A stretch of DNA of 60,438 bases, filler included, from 5 parts of 5 records of this genome joined end to end with filler, not necessarily neighbours in it; one strand, 5' to 3'. Shown: positions 19,317 to 29,591, counted from the first letter of the whole stretch. Notes: generated by a model not told the origin, from the letters alone. Made by a program: numbers and translations.

Positions 19317-19778
19317 ATGACAGAGCCGACGGTTGAGACAGGGAATGAACCGTTTTGGGAAACCAAGACGCTTGATGAAATGACTACCGAGGAATGGGAG
19401 TCCATTTGCGACGGATGTGGCAAATGCTGTCTGCATAAGCTGCAGGATGAGGATACCGACTTTGTTTATTATACCTCGGTAGCCTGTCGATTACTCGATT
19501 GCGAAACCTGCAGCTGCAAGGATTATCCAAATCGAACCCAGCATGTGCCTGACTGTGTGCAACTTTCGCAGGAAAACGTCGCGACATTGTCCTGGATGCC
19601 ATCGACATGTGCCTATCGTTTGATGGCCGAAGGAAAAGGATTACCTGACTGGCACCCACTAATTACAGGACGCGCAGACTCAACGATCGCGGCGGGAATG
19701 TCGATCAAGGGAATGGTGATCTCAGAGGATGACGCCCACCCTGATCTGACCCGATATATTGTTAAATGGCCAGCTTGA
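19317..19778 (+). CDS. YcgN-family cysteine cluster protein (UPF0260)
   Basis: [18 protein letters not shown]...C..Y, PDC and WMPSTCAYR...WHPL. Confidence 0.92.
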   Translation: MTEPTVETGNEPFWETKTLDEMTTEEWESICDGCGKCCLHKLQDEDTDFVYYTSVACRLLDCETCSCKDYPNRTQHVPDCVQLSQENVATLSWMPSTCAYRLMAEGKGLPDWHPLITGRADSTIAAGMSIKGMVISEDDAHPDLTRYIVKWPA

Positions 19779-19854
19779 ACGTATAATCCAAAGTATGTTC
19801 ACCTATGCTAAAATAGGTGATTGATTACTTCATCGGTATAGATATCCTGTGATC

Positions 19855-19897
19855 CGAACAATTGCGCAGTATATGCGGAATTGTTCGTTTTGTTTTT
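19855..19897 (+). terminator. Intrinsic terminator
   Basis: CGAACAATTgCGCA-gtata-TGCGgAATTGTTCG followed by a T-rich tract. Confidence 0.65.
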
Positions 19898-19961
19898 ATA
19901 CAGGCCTTTAAATGACCGGGTCTTCAGTTAGAAACCCGGGCAACACAAGAAAGACATTCGG

Positions 19962-21452
19962 ATGGGTTTTGCGTCACTTTTCAGTAATGACAGGTCGCAG
20001 GAAGGTCAGCAGATTGTAAATGCGCTGAGCCTGTCGATGGCTGTTATCGAGTTTTCGATTGATGGCAAGATTCTGACGGCCAATGATAATTTCCTGAAAA
20101 CAATGGGTTTCTCGCTGGAGGAAATTGTTGGTCGGCATCATTCGATGTTTGTCCCGCGTGAAATCAGTAATGGCGAAGAATACCGGAAATTCTGGGAACA
20201 GCTTCGCAGCGGTAAATTCTCGTCGGGTGCTGTGCCGCGTGTGCGCAAAAATGGCGAGATGATATGGCTTGAAGCGACTTACAACCCGATTCTTGGCAAA
20301 GACGGAAAGCCGACGAAGGTCGTCAAATTTGCATCCGACATTACAGCGCGTCGCGTTGAGCGTGCGGTTTTGCAAAGTGTCTTTGACGCGATGGAAAAAT
20401 CGCAGGCCGTGATCGAGTTTGACCTGAACGGCATTATCCTTAAGGCAAACAAGAATTTTCTTGATGCCATGGGATACAGACTCGATGAAATTATCGGCAA
20501 GCATCACAGCATGTTTGTTGAGCCAGAATATCGTGACTCTGCCGAATATCGCTCGTTCTGGGAAACCCTGAAAACCGGGAATTTCCATACGGGCCAATTC
20601 AAACGCGTCGGCAAGGGCGGCAAGGAAATCTGGATTGAGGCGTCCTATAACCCGGTGCTTGATCCGGTTGGAAAGCCTTTCAAGGTGATCAAGTTCGCGT
20701 CAGATATTACCGAGCAAACCCTTCTGTTGCTTGAGCTCAAGACCATGATCGATCAGAACTTTACCGAGATCGATAGTAACATCGCCGCTTTGGGCAATTC
20801 GGCCAATCAAAGTGTCAGCACATCCGAGGAAACCTCGCATACGGTGCAGACCGTTGCGGCCAGTGCCGAGCAGATGGCGGCATCAATTGCAGAAATTTCG
20901 CGTAGTATGGCGCAGTCTCGTGACGAAACAGAGCGCGCATTTGATCAGACGATCAGCGCCAACAGCTCGACCCAGCGTATGGCGGAGGTTGTCGAGTCAA
21001 TGGGGAGCATCGTTGAAGTCATTCAGAATATTGCCGGGCAGATCAACCTTCTGGCATTGAATGCGACGATAGAGAGCGCGCGTGCGGGCGATGCTGGCAA
21101 GGGGTTTGCCGTTGTTGCCAACGAGGTCAAGAACCTGGCCAATCAGGCCGCTCGTGCGACCGAGCAGATTTCCGATGAAATTTCAGGCATTCAGTCGATC
21201 TCGTCAGAGGTTGTCGGTGCCCTTGAAACCATTCGTCATTCGGTGGAAACGGTCAGGGACAGTGTCACCAACATATCCTCGGCGGTTGAGGAACAAAGTG
21301 CGGTGACCGAAGGCGTTTCGGAAAACATGCGCATGATGGCAGGTGCGGTTGACGGTCTTGCCCGGAACCTTGATAACATCAAGTCCACCACGGGTATGGT
21401 CGCCGACTCGGTCAGTCGAACCCGTAAGGCTGCGGAAGTCCTGGCGCGTTAA
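19962..21452 (+). CDS. Soluble chemoreceptor with two PAS domains (BdlA-like)
   Basis: Two PAS repeats (AVIEF..G.IL.AN.NFL..MG, W.EA.YNP), MCP hairpin [27 protein letters not shown], and no TM helix. Confidence 0.93.
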   Translation: MGFASLFSNDRSQEGQQIVNALSLSMAVIEFSIDGKILTANDNFLKTMGFSLEEIVGRHHSMFVPREISNGEEYRKFWEQLRSGKFSSGAVPRVRKNGEMIWLEATYNPILGKDGKPTKVVKFASDITARRVERAVLQSVFDAMEKSQAVIEFDLNGIILKANKNFLDAMGYRLDEIIGKHHSMFVEPEYRDSAEYRSFWETLKTGNFHTGQFKRVGKGGKEIWIEASYNPVLDPVGKPFKVIKFASDITEQTLLLLELKTMIDQNFTEIDSNIAALGNSANQSVSTSEETSHTVQTVAASAEQMAASIAEISRSMAQSRDETERAFDQTISANSSTQRMAEVVESMGSIVEVIQNIAGQINLLALNATIESARAGDAGKGFAVVANEVKNLANQAARATEQISDEISGIQSISSEVVGALETIRHSVETVRDSVTNISSAVEEQSAVTEGVSENMRMMAGAVDGLARNLDNIKSTTGMVADSVSRTRKAAEVLAR

Positions 21453-21487
21453 CCGTCTGATTTCCTATACAGATGTATCGAACTGCA

Positions 21488-21522
21488 GGATGGCCGATGC
21501 ATTCGGCCGTCCAGTTTTGTTT
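21488..21522 (+). terminator. Intrinsic terminator
   Basis: GGATGGCCGA-tgcat-TCGGCCGTCC then AGTTTTGTTT. Confidence 0.65.
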
Positions 21523-21644
21523 GTGCGGTGACGGTTTTGAGACTTTATCGCGAAAACAAATCTGAACAGCTTGCCTAATGTTCACTGTCTCAGCAAAAAT
21601 AGACACTCATTGCAAATGATCCGCAAACAGCGCGGTGACAGGGA

Positions 21645-22397
21645 ATGTCGAGTGAATATATGCGCATAGATGTTCTGGGTGTTGGCGAGGCATTCGATCC
21701 CGCCTTTGAAAACTCATCCGTCGTGGTGAGTGCAAATGGCTATCGGTTGATGATTGACTGTGGGGCAACGGTGCCCGGATTGCTGATGCGCAAGTTTCCC
21801 GATCCGGATGCCATTGATGCGATTTATTTCACCCACATGCATCCCGATCACGTTTTCGGACTGGTGCCGGTTATGCTGAACTGGCGCGATGACGGTCGAT
21901 CAAAGCCGATCCATATCATCGCGACACCTGCGGTACGCAATCATCTGGAAAAGATCATGGAGCTTGGCTTTGCCGGGCTTGGAAGTGCGTGGCCGTTTGA
22001 AATTATCTGGCATGCGGTGCCGGAAACCACGCAGATAGGTCCGTTCGAAACCAAATTTGCCCGTTCCGATCACAGCGTTCAGAACCATGCAATTTTGCTG
22101 CGTTTCGAGAATAAGGGTTTTGCCTATTCCGGTGACGGTAACGTGACAGCCGATACTACAGCGCTTTTTACCGCTGCTGATCTGGTGTTTCAGGAAACAT
22201 ATTTGCCCAAGCATGATCCAAAACATGCCGCGCACTGCGATTTGGAAACTGTTCTGCAATTGGCATCTGATATGCCCGGATCACGTTTCTGGCTCTATCA
22301 CATCAAACGTAATGTAAGACGCGAGATCGCCGAACTTCTGCGCGAAAATCCGCAGGTACGGGTTGCCGTACCTGGCGAAGTGATCGAAATCCGTTAG
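21645..22397 (+). CDS. Metallo-beta-lactamase-fold hydrolase, RNase Z-like
   Basis: LMIDCG, THMHPDH (HxHxDH), YSGDG and C-terminal His motifs. Confidence 0.85.
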   Translation: MSSEYMRIDVLGVGEAFDPAFENSSVVVSANGYRLMIDCGATVPGLLMRKFPDPDAIDAIYFTHMHPDHVFGLVPVMLNWRDDGRSKPIHIIATPAVRNHLEKIMELGFAGLGSAWPFEIIWHAVPETTQIGPFETKFARSDHSVQNHAILLRFENKGFAYSGDGNVTADTTALFTAADLVFQETYLPKHDPKHAAHCDLETVLQLASDMPGSRFWLYHIKRNVRREIAELLRENPQVRVAVPGEVIEIR

Positions 22398-22420
22398 GGT
22401 GACGCCTCAGCAAACCCAGC

Positions 22421-22448
22421 AAAAAGGCAGCCCATCGGCTGCCTTCTG
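22421..22448. terminator. Probable bidirectional terminator
   Basis: AAAAAGGCAGCC-catc-GGCTGCCTTCT between convergent genes. Confidence 0.75.
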
Positions 22449-22476
22449 ATTTCCGAGATATCCTGATCGGGTCGTC

Positions 22477-22743
22477 TTAGTGAACCGAACGCGGGTCCAT
22501 GTCGTGCTGGCGGATTGCCGCATGGGCTACGGCCTGACTTTCGAACGATGCGATATGGGTACCATCCGCGGTAAATACCCCAAAGACCGTTTCGTTGCTT
22601 TCGTCTTCGGGATTGGCCATCGCGCGCACATAAGCAAAATCGTGAATGCCAAGCATGGCAAAATCACCAGACGAAAGCAGGTTCAAATCCTGTTCCGCGC
22701 CGCGGGTTTCTTTGGTCTCATGGTCTGAGATGCGATTGCTCAT
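22477..22743 (-). CDS. DUF1150-family protein
   Basis: FAMLG...AYVR...VFTADGT...AAIRQHDMDPRSVH; RBS GGAGAG; usual partner of alphaproteobacterial hsp20. Confidence 0.8.
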   Translation of the reverse strand: MSNRISDHETKETRGAEQDLNLLSSGDFAMLGIHDFAYVRAMANPEDESNETVFGVFTADGTHIASFESQAVAHAAIRQHDMDPRSVH

Positions 22744-22759
22744 AAAACCACTCTCCTTG

Positions 22760-23263
22760 TTACGCCTTGCGGCTTTTATCTTCGACCGCGTCTGCGCCAT
22801 TTTCAGCATCGACGGTCATATCTATGGTGCGTGACGAGACGGCTTTCTTCTTGGCAGAGTTGATCGCAATTTCACGTACAACCGGTTCAGGAACCGGACG
22901 GTTCAAATCCACATGCAAAAGTCCGTTATCAAGATGGGCGCCAACAACTTCAATACCCTCGGCCAGTACAAAGGAACGCTGGAACTGGCGGGATGCTATA
23001 CCGCGATGGATATAGATGCGGTTGCTGTCGTCTTCCTGATGCTTGCCACGAATAATCAACTGGTTGTCTTCAGTCGTTACCGACAGATCGTCTTCGGCAA
23101 ATCCTGCGACCGCGACCGTGATACGCAGATGGTTTTCGCCGATTTGCTCGATATTATAAGGCGGATAGCCTTCTGCCTTGGTTTTGGAAACCTGATCAAG
23201 AACACGTTCGATCTGGTCAAACCCCAACAGCAGCGGACTGTTAAACATTGAAATTCGTGACAT
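22760..23263 (-). CDS. ibpA: Small heat shock protein Hsp20 (IbpA/HspD-like)
   Basis: SPLLLGFD, YPPYNIE, AVAGF, HRGIA.R.F.R.F.LA and NGLL. Confidence 0.93.
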   Translation of the reverse strand: MSRISMFNSPLLLGFDQIERVLDQVSKTKAEGYPPYNIEQIGENHLRITVAVAGFAEDDLSVTTEDNQLIIRGKHQEDDSNRIYIHRGIASRQFQRSFVLAEGIEVVGAHLDNGLLHVDLNRPVPEPVVREIAINSAKKKAVSSRTIDMTVDAENGADAVEDKSRKA

Positions 23264-23368
23264 AGGCAGCACCTCCTCAGTAGAGCGAGTGTGATATCGA
23301 CCAGACCCCACGCTTTTGGCGTTTCGGGCGTCTGAACATCTGACCCGACCCGTTCGGCATCAGACATA
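23264..23368 (-). promoter_or_regulatory. ROSE-type RNA thermometer in the hsp20 5' UTR
   Basis: The last hairpin CACACUCGCUC-uacu-GAGGAGGUG pairs the UCGCU motif with the SD sequence and bulges a G. Two further hairpins lie upstream. Confidence 0.78.
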
Positions 23369-23383
23369 TCTATCTAATCGAAT

Positions 23384-23411
23384 AAATGTGGTTTTCTATC
23401 GCATAGTCAAG
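23384..23411 (-). promoter_or_regulatory. RpoH (sigma32)-type promoter of hsp20
   Basis: CTTGAC-N14-CCACATTT on the minus strand. Confidence 0.7.
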
Positions 23412-23499
23412 ACCCGGATTGATACTGTAACCGCGGAAACCTTGGGAATATGCGATATCAGACCTGTGTAATACGCAGATCATGACCGATCAGAGATGA

Positions 23500-25170
23500 T
23501 CATACAACGCGTTCCGGCAGTTCGGGCATATTTTCCAGTGCATAGTAGGCAACAGTCTGATCCTTTCCGCGCAAGGCCACTTCATGCATCACCGCATTTT
23601 CAGGTAATGGAATCGGCCCATGGTCGAAAATTGCCTTTGATATCACCAACGGCACACCATGCTTTTTGGTCTGGCTTTCCAGTCTTGCCGCCGTATTGAT
23701 CGTGTCGCCGATGGCGCTGATGTTTTCGCGGCCGGGTGGCCCCATTTCGCCAACAATCGCTTCGCCCATGTGAATGCCAATACCGATGCGCAATGTATGC
23801 GGAAGCTCTGATTTCAAATGTTCATTCAGATTTTCGATTCGGCGCAACATCCCCGCCGCCCCGTGAAGGGCATCACGGATCATGGTTTCCGTATCGTCCG
23901 TATCAAGACCGTAAAGCGCCATCAGGCCATCACCGGTGAACTGGGCATAGAGCCCGCCACTTTCGCGTAAGGCTTCTGTCATTTCGGCAAAAAACTGGTT
24001 CAGTATGAACAGTACATCGTAGGGCATTTTCTTTTCGCCCAAACGTGTCGAATCCCGAAGGTCGGTGAATATGGAAACAACCTGACGTTCGCTACCGGAC
24101 AAACCGCCGGGGCGGCGTCCATCCTGTGCGGTGGCGTTCGGCGGCAATAACGGCGCAACCGCAAGATCGTTTACCGGCTTGATCTGGCAGGCCAATCGCA
24201 TACCACGCGGCGCGTGGATGCTCTCAAGCGCGGCTGCTTCGATCTTGCCGGGGGCTGCAAGCTGATCAATGCCCGATCCGCAATGGATGCGGCATGTCGT
24301 GCAACGACCATGTCCGCCACAAACCGATGCCATCTGCACACCGGCATCGCGAAGGGCTTCAAGTGCCGTTGCCCCGGGGGCGACGCGGATCAGCTTGCCG
24401 TTGGGCATCGATAGCATCGGTCCGCGTTTGATGCGATCAACGGTCTGGCGAATTTGCCGCACGACAAAGGGTGCCAAAGCCAGAGAAATGGCAATTATCG
24501 TGCCTGGGAGAAGTGCATTTTCATAAAATTTTACTGCCGCGTCATTGACGTTTGCGGCATCCAGAACACCAAAAACATATTTGCGTCCGCCTTCTTCGGT
24601 CCGGCGAATGATTTCAGCGGATGCCGCGCCAAATCCGGCCAGTGCCAGTGTCGGGACAAGTACTGCTGATGCGCTAAGCACACCGCGCCAACGCGGGTAA
24701 AATGGCTTTAATCGCAGCCAGAAATGAATACCGATACAACCATGGGTCCAGACGACAATCACAGCGATTGCATGCAATACGCCCTGGCTCGGAATAAACA
24801 CGGCAAGATCAAGCAAAACACGTTCAAACGCGGAATCGACACCAAATCCGAGGTCGATGATCCGCGTTGCGATGATATGGCGGAACAATAGAAATGGAAT
24901 GCACAGACCAAGGATCATCTGTGTCCATTCGGATTTGCGCAGGCGCAGGGAGCGCCTGCTGGTCAGTCGCGCTGTCGCCAGAAGGAAATGCGTGATCGCA
25001 GCGCATAAAAGAAGAATTTCCAGCGGTGGGAATTGCCAGATACCGGTTGTAACCGGGACGATGGCTTCCATTGCTTCGGGCGAAATGATGCCAGCGGCCT
25101 GATTGATCAGATGCATGAAGACATATGCAAACAGCGTCAGACCGGAATAAAGCCGTAAATTCTGGATCAT
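23500..25170 (-). CDS. Class III nucleotide cyclase with His-rich membrane anchor and 2Fe-2S ferredoxin domain (CyaC-like)
   Basis: Several TM helices with His residues, ferredoxin motif CGGHGRCTTC...ACQ, and cyclase motifs FTDLRDST, GDG and GDTINTAARLE. Confidence 0.9.
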   Translation of the reverse strand: MIQNLRLYSGLTLFAYVFMHLINQAAGIISPEAMEAIVPVTTGIWQFPPLEILLLCAAITHFLLATARLTSRRSLRLRKSEWTQMILGLCIPFLLFRHIIATRIIDLGFGVDSAFERVLLDLAVFIPSQGVLHAIAVIVVWTHGCIGIHFWLRLKPFYPRWRGVLSASAVLVPTLALAGFGAASAEIIRRTEEGGRKYVFGVLDAANVNDAAVKFYENALLPGTIIAISLALAPFVVRQIRQTVDRIKRGPMLSMPNGKLIRVAPGATALEALRDAGVQMASVCGGHGRCTTCRIHCGSGIDQLAAPGKIEAAALESIHAPRGMRLACQIKPVNDLAVAPLLPPNATAQDGRRPGGLSGSERQVVSIFTDLRDSTRLGEKKMPYDVLFILNQFFAEMTEALRESGGLYAQFTGDGLMALYGLDTDDTETMIRDALHGAAGMLRRIENLNEHLKSELPHTLRIGIGIHMGEAIVGEMGPPGRENISAIGDTINTAARLESQTKKHGVPLVISKAIFDHGPIPLPENAVMHEVALRGKDQTVAYYALENMPELPERVV

Positions 25171-25296
25171 GGCATTCCATTTTACTGGCAGAAATTTTGC
25201 TAAAGTCCAGTATCAGGCGCAATCATAAACAAATCGTATTGCGGAATGTTCTGAAAACTTCCAGCCGGTTGCGCATGCATCACTATATCTTAAAAC

Positions 25297-25332
25297 GCAA
25301 AACGGACCGCCATCGAAATGCCGCGGTCCGTT
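25297..25332 (-). terminator. Intrinsic terminator after the GATase gene
   Basis: AACGGACCGC/GCGGTCCGTT 10-bp stem with a T run on the minus strand. Confidence 0.65.
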
Positions 25333-25362
25333 ATAAGGGGATAATGCCTTCCCGATCCTGGG

Positions 25363-26088
25363 TCAGGCGGCTTTAACCGCCCGATTACCCCGCAGGAAAT
25401 TGAGCATCCATTTGGCAAACAGTTGGCTATCAAGCTTTTCGTCAAGTGACTTGGTTGCCTTTGAATGTACGTCTTCGGGCAACAATGTGTATCGTGCCTT
25501 CAGCAATGCTTCTTCATAGGGGCGCTGGAATTCCGGATGCGGCTGGATCGAAGCAGCGGTTTCGCCGTATTGAATAGCGGCATAGGGGCAGAATTCGGAG
25601 CTTGCCCAAACATTTGCGCCTTCGGGCAATTCTATCACCTGATCCTGATGGAATGCGTTCAGCTTGAACTTGGCTGGCGCATTTCCAAGCCAGATCGGGG
25701 CCGTTTTGCTGGTGGTGTATTCATGAACACCAATACCCCAGCCTTTGTCAGATTTGACGACCGTGCCACCAAGGGCGGCTGCCAGAATCTGGTGACCAAA
25801 GCAGACCCCGAAAACAGGAATTTGTGCGGCGACGATATCGCGAAGCAATTCCTGCAAACGGATCATCCAGGGTTCGTTTTCATAAACACCATGCTTTGAT
25901 CCGGTCACAATCCAGGCATCGACGGCATTCAGGTCTTCGGGGAATTGATCCAAAAGTACAGTCCAGGTCTGGAAGGCAAGCTCGGGATCCAATGCGCCAA
26001 GCATGGTTTCGAACATGGATGGATAGCTTTTGAATTCATCGCGAAGTTCTTCCGGAACAAGACCGGTTTCAAGAATGCCGATTTTCAT
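25363..26088 (-). CDS. Type 1 glutamine amidotransferase family protein
   Basis: VTGS..VY...W, GVCFGHQ, HQDQV and QPHPEF. Confidence 0.9.
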   Translation of the reverse strand: MKIGILETGLVPEELRDEFKSYPSMFETMLGALDPELAFQTWTVLLDQFPEDLNAVDAWIVTGSKHGVYENEPWMIRLQELLRDIVAAQIPVFGVCFGHQILAAALGGTVVKSDKGWGIGVHEYTTSKTAPIWLGNAPAKFKLNAFHQDQVIELPEGANVWASSEFCPYAAIQYGETAASIQPHPEFQRPYEEALLKARYTLLPEDVHSKATKSLDEKLDSQLFAKWMLNFLRGNRAVKAA

Positions 26089-26294
26089 GCGAGGCCTTTG
26101 AAATCATACTGTGATGTTGTTTTGCACATATGCCAGTGTCGCTGCAAAGACAAGCATGTTGCAGCAAGATTTCAGGCTTTCCAGACTAGTCGCCACAAAT
26201 TTTGAATGCTAACAGATTGATTTCCCTGCGAATGGCAATTTGTGGCGTATGGCTGGTTTGCGTGGCGCACTTGCCATAAAGGTTAAGGTTTTCG

Positions 26295-26744
26295 CTATTT
26301 TTGCGCGATTGCGGCCTGATCCAATGTGTTCATCATCAGTTTATGCACGATCATTCCGGCGATCATCGCGATCACAAAAATGATTGTTTCGATATGCCCA
26401 AAGGCAAGCGCACTAATCGCGGGACCCGGGCAATAGCCAACCATGCCCCACCCAATGCCGAACAATAGCCCGCCAATAACCAGATTGCGGTCAATGTCGC
26501 GTCGTTTCGGCAGTTCTATTGTCCCGCCGCAAATGGCAGTTCTGCGGGATTGGGCAAAGCGAAATATCGGGAATGCGATAACAAGGGCACCCGCCATGAC
26601 GAACGCAAGGCTGGGGTCCCAGTTTCCGGTCTGGATCGCTGCGATATCAAGGAAACCAAGAACCTTTTGGGGGTCTGTCATCCCCGAAATGATTAGGCCC
26701 AAGCCGAACAGGGCGCCACAGAAAGCAGAAGCAAGAATACGCAT
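26295..26744 (-). CDS. YeeE/YedE-family sulfur transporter subunit (DUF6691/PmpB-like)
   Basis: GLIISGMTDPQKVLGFLD, WDPSLAFVM and FGIGWG..GYCPGP. Confidence 0.88.
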   Translation of the reverse strand: MRILASAFCGALFGLGLIISGMTDPQKVLGFLDIAAIQTGNWDPSLAFVMAGALVIAFPIFRFAQSRRTAICGGTIELPKRRDIDRNLVIGGLLFGIGWGMVGYCPGPAISALAFGHIETIIFVIAMIAGMIVHKLMMNTLDQAAIAQK

Positions 26745-26748
26745 TGAT

Positions 26749-27180
26749 TTAGCCCCCGATAACATGACGAATGACAAAGGTACTGGCCATGCCCGCGCCC
26801 ATGAAACACAGGGTGGCGACCATTGATCGTGCTGACAGACGCGACAGGCCGCAAATTCCGTGTCCGCTGGTGCAGCCACTGCCAAGTCTCGTGCCAAACC
26901 CGACGATCAAGCCGGCTGCAATAATGACCGGCCATGAAGCGCTTACAATGCTTTGGGCATTGATCGGGGTGAGGGCCAACAGGATCATTGGAGCAATGAT
27001 CATGCCAGAGATAAAGGCAAGTTTTTCAACGCGACCCGATGTCGGGCCTTTGCTGGTAAGCAGGCCTCCAAGGATGCCGCTGATGCCTGCAATGCGGCCA
27101 TTGAGCAAAAGGTAAAGGCCTGAAGCCAGTCCGATCAGCGCACCACCCAGAAGTGCGGAATAAGGCGTAAAGTTTTCCAT
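26749..27180 (-). CDS. YeeE/YedE-family sulfur transporter subunit (PmpA-like)
   Basis: GRIAGISG and GTRLGSGCTSGHGICG..R.S.RS. Confidence 0.9.
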   Translation of the reverse strand: MENFTPYSALLGGALIGLASGLYLLLNGRIAGISGILGGLLTSKGPTSGRVEKLAFISGMIIAPMILLALTPINAQSIVSASWPVIIAAGLIVGFGTRLGSGCTSGHGICGLSRLSARSMVATLCFMGAGMASTFVIRHVIGG

Positions 27181-27219
27181 CTTGTTTCCCGGCAGCAAGA
27201 GGTTGAGGTAAATATTTAT

Positions 27220-27240
27220 ATTAATACATTATGTTTTAAT
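27220..27240. promoter_or_regulatory. AT-rich imperfect palindrome, candidate ArsR/BigR-type operator
   Basis: ATTAA-t-ACAT-t-ATGT-t-TTAAT, 40 nt upstream of the YeeE/YedE pair. Confidence 0.4.
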
Positions 27241-27490
27241 CAAGTTATTCTGGTGATCGCCCGGATCATCCAAGACTATTCATCAACTGCGAAGTTTGTC
27301 GTGAATTCTGATGCAGAGGGACCAGATAAAATGATTTTGCAGCGTGCAAAAGCGATAAAATTAGATAAACATCTGATTTTAAATGATATTATCCATATTG
27401 CCAAAAGCGCGGATTCAGCTGATATAGCGATGATCGAGTTTTGATGCTGCCGGTCATTTGGCCGGAGCCTTTTCGGATTTCTTCATATAC

Positions 27491-28465
27491 ATGAGCAAAG
27501 ATCGTTTGTTGGCCAGTCGGCGGCTTGATGTCGCGCTGGCGCTTGTCGGGCAGAATGATACCGAGGCCGCAATCGATGTGACCCGGGCGGCAATTTCGGC
27601 TGATCCCGATTGGGAAGAAGCACATTTTGTGCTGGGCGATATTTTCGAACGCATGGGACAGCACGAAAATGCGATCGAAGCTTTTCGTCAGTGCCTTGCT
27701 CTTGATCCGGTTGACCGTATGGGAGCCGAAGTTCGACTGACTTTGCTGGGTGCGGTTGCCATGCGCGATCGCTTGCCGCCTGATTATGTTCGGGCCCTGT
27801 TTGACGACTATGCACCACGTTTTGAAATCTCGTTGCGGGATCGCTTGGCCTATCGTGGGCCGGAGCTTCTTTTTGAAGCCATCCGGCCATACTTGCCGGA
27901 ATTGTTGCGCCCGTTGCGGGTTCTTGATCTTGGTTGCGGTACAGGATTGGTCGCGGACGTTTTTGCGGGCCATGTTGACGTGATTGACGGTGTCGATCTA
28001 TCGCCGCGCATGATTAACCGGGCAAAGGCAAAGGGTCTTTATCGAAATCTGATTGCCGGGGACATCACGGATTTGCCTGATGCGCTTGATCGCGACTATG
28101 GCTTGGTGGTTGCTGCTGATGTTCTGAATTATCTTGGCGATCTTGTCCCTGCGCTGCGGGCTGCCCACGAGCGGATTGTACCAGGTGGATTGATGGTTTT
28201 CTCACTTGAACATGGTGACACATTCCCGTTCGATCTTGGGCCGGGGCAAAGGTTCCGCCATCATGAACAGGCAATTCATGACTGGTTGAAAGATTGCCAG
28301 TTCAAAGTCATTGCCGATGTGATTGGAATTTTGCGACAGGAAAAGGGGAACCCTGTTTCAGGCCGTATTATGGTGGTTCGTGCAGGAGATGGTATCGCCG
28401 AATTGCTTGATGGTTTTGGACATCTTCCCGATCCGGAGCGTTCAATCGATCGCACCGTGCACTAA
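27491..28465 (+). CDS. TPR-containing class I SAM methyltransferase (COG4976-like)
   Basis: TPR helices, then YVRALFDDYA.RF, VLDLGCGTG, GVDLS..M and AADVL.Y.GDL. Confidence 0.88.
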   Translation: MSKDRLLASRRLDVALALVGQNDTEAAIDVTRAAISADPDWEEAHFVLGDIFERMGQHENAIEAFRQCLALDPVDRMGAEVRLTLLGAVAMRDRLPPDYVRALFDDYAPRFEISLRDRLAYRGPELLFEAIRPYLPELLRPLRVLDLGCGTGLVADVFAGHVDVIDGVDLSPRMINRAKAKGLYRNLIAGDITDLPDALDRDYGLVVAADVLNYLGDLVPALRAAHERIVPGGLMVFSLEHGDTFPFDLGPGQRFRHHEQAIHDWLKDCQFKVIADVIGILRQEKGNPVSGRIMVVRAGDGIAELLDGFGHLPDPERSIDRTVH

Positions 28466-28544
28466 GCAGTATTTTGCATCCAGACGCTTTTGAAGGTCGT
28501 CCTTTGGACGGCCTTTTCATTTGGGAAAAGAATACTGAAACGAC

Positions 28545-28573
28545 AAAACCCGTCGCTTTAGGCGACGGGTTTT
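28545..28573. terminator. Intrinsic terminator downstream of the tRNA
   Basis: AAAACCCGTCGC-tttag-GCGACGGGTTTT. Confidence 0.85.
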
Positions 28574-28575
28574 GA

Positions 28576-28604
28576 TGGTGGAGCCGATCAGGATCGAACT
28601 GACG
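28576..28604 (-). tRNA. tRNA-Ala, 3' 29 nt only (anticodon not visible)
   Basis: Minus strand reads CGTCAG-TTCGATC-CTGAT-CGGCTCC-A-CCA: T arm, U70 of the Ala G3-U70 identity pair, discriminator A and encoded CCA. Confidence 0.8.
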
Positions 28605-28704
28605 NNNNNNNNNNNNNNNNNNNNNNNNNNNNNNNNNNNNNNNNNNNNTTAATTAATTAANNNNNNNNNNNNNNNNNNNNNNNNNNNNNNNNNNNNNNNN
28701 NNNN
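28605..28704. other. Artificial contig linker
   Basis: N44-TTAATTAATTAA-N44. Confidence 0.99.
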
Positions 28705-29453
28705 CTCAACGATTTGCGCTGCCTTTCGGCCTTTACCGGCCGCGCATCCACACCGCGCGCATAACCATATAACTGCCGCCCAAAGCGACCAAAACGCTCC
28801 ACTAAGGCCAGCTCGCTCCACCCTTGCAGCTGCTCGCAGTTTTCGATGCCCAGTGCCGCCAACTTCGTCGCCATCACTTTGCCGACGCCGTGAATCTTGG
28901 TTACTGGCAGCGCACGAACAAAGTCATCGACCTGATCGGGCCGTATCACCGTAAGCCCGTCAGGTTTTTGCCAGTCGCTGGCAATCTTCGCCAAAAATTT
29001 ATTCGGTGCAACGCCCGCGGAAATAGTAATTCCCACTTCGCGAGCAACCGCTTGCCGGATCGCTTCGGCAATGCGGCTGGCGCTGCCCTGAAAATGCGGC
29101 GACTCGCTGACATCCAGGTAGGCCTCATCCAGGGACAACGGCTCGATCAGCTCGCTGTAGCGACTAAATATTTCACGAATCTGCGCAGCAACATGGCGGT
29201 ACTTATCCATATTCGGCGGGACCAAAATCAGCTGTGGGCAACGCTGCAATGCGGTTGCGGTCGGCATTGCCGAGTGCACACCATAGGCGCGCGCCTCATA
29301 GTTGCAGGTAGCGATCACGCCGCGCCGACTGGCCTTGCCACCAATGGCAATCGGCCTACCGCGCAAACGCGGGTCATCACGCATCTCCACCGAAGCGTAA
29401 AAACAATCGCAGTCGCAATGAATGATCTTTCTCGTGTTGAGCACCGACACCAT
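28705..29453 (-). CDS. dinB: DNA polymerase IV (3' truncated)
   Basis: RKIIHCDCDCFYASVE, CNYEAR, SLDEAYLD and KIASDWQKPDG. Confidence 0.96.
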
Positions 29454-29481
29454 GGCGCAGAAAACCCGCTTAAGCCAAATA

Positions 29482-29497
29482 CTGTACAAACATACAG
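29482..29497. promoter_or_regulatory. LexA SOS box (gammaproteobacterial type)
   Basis: CTGT-ACAAACAT-ACAG, 28 nt upstream of the dinB start. Confidence 0.88.
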
Positions 29498-29591
29498 ACT
29501 TTACGCGAGCAGCTAGCGCTTGTCACTCATGGTAGTGAGGTATACTGTGCGCCACACCACCCACGTTGAATTAAAAAGGAATGCCGTAGCA

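Noticed and set aside
28576-28604. tRNA 3' fragment as a possible integration att site
   Set aside because: The fragment is cut by the contig end, has its own terminator and has no integrase nearby; an assembly break is the simpler explanation.
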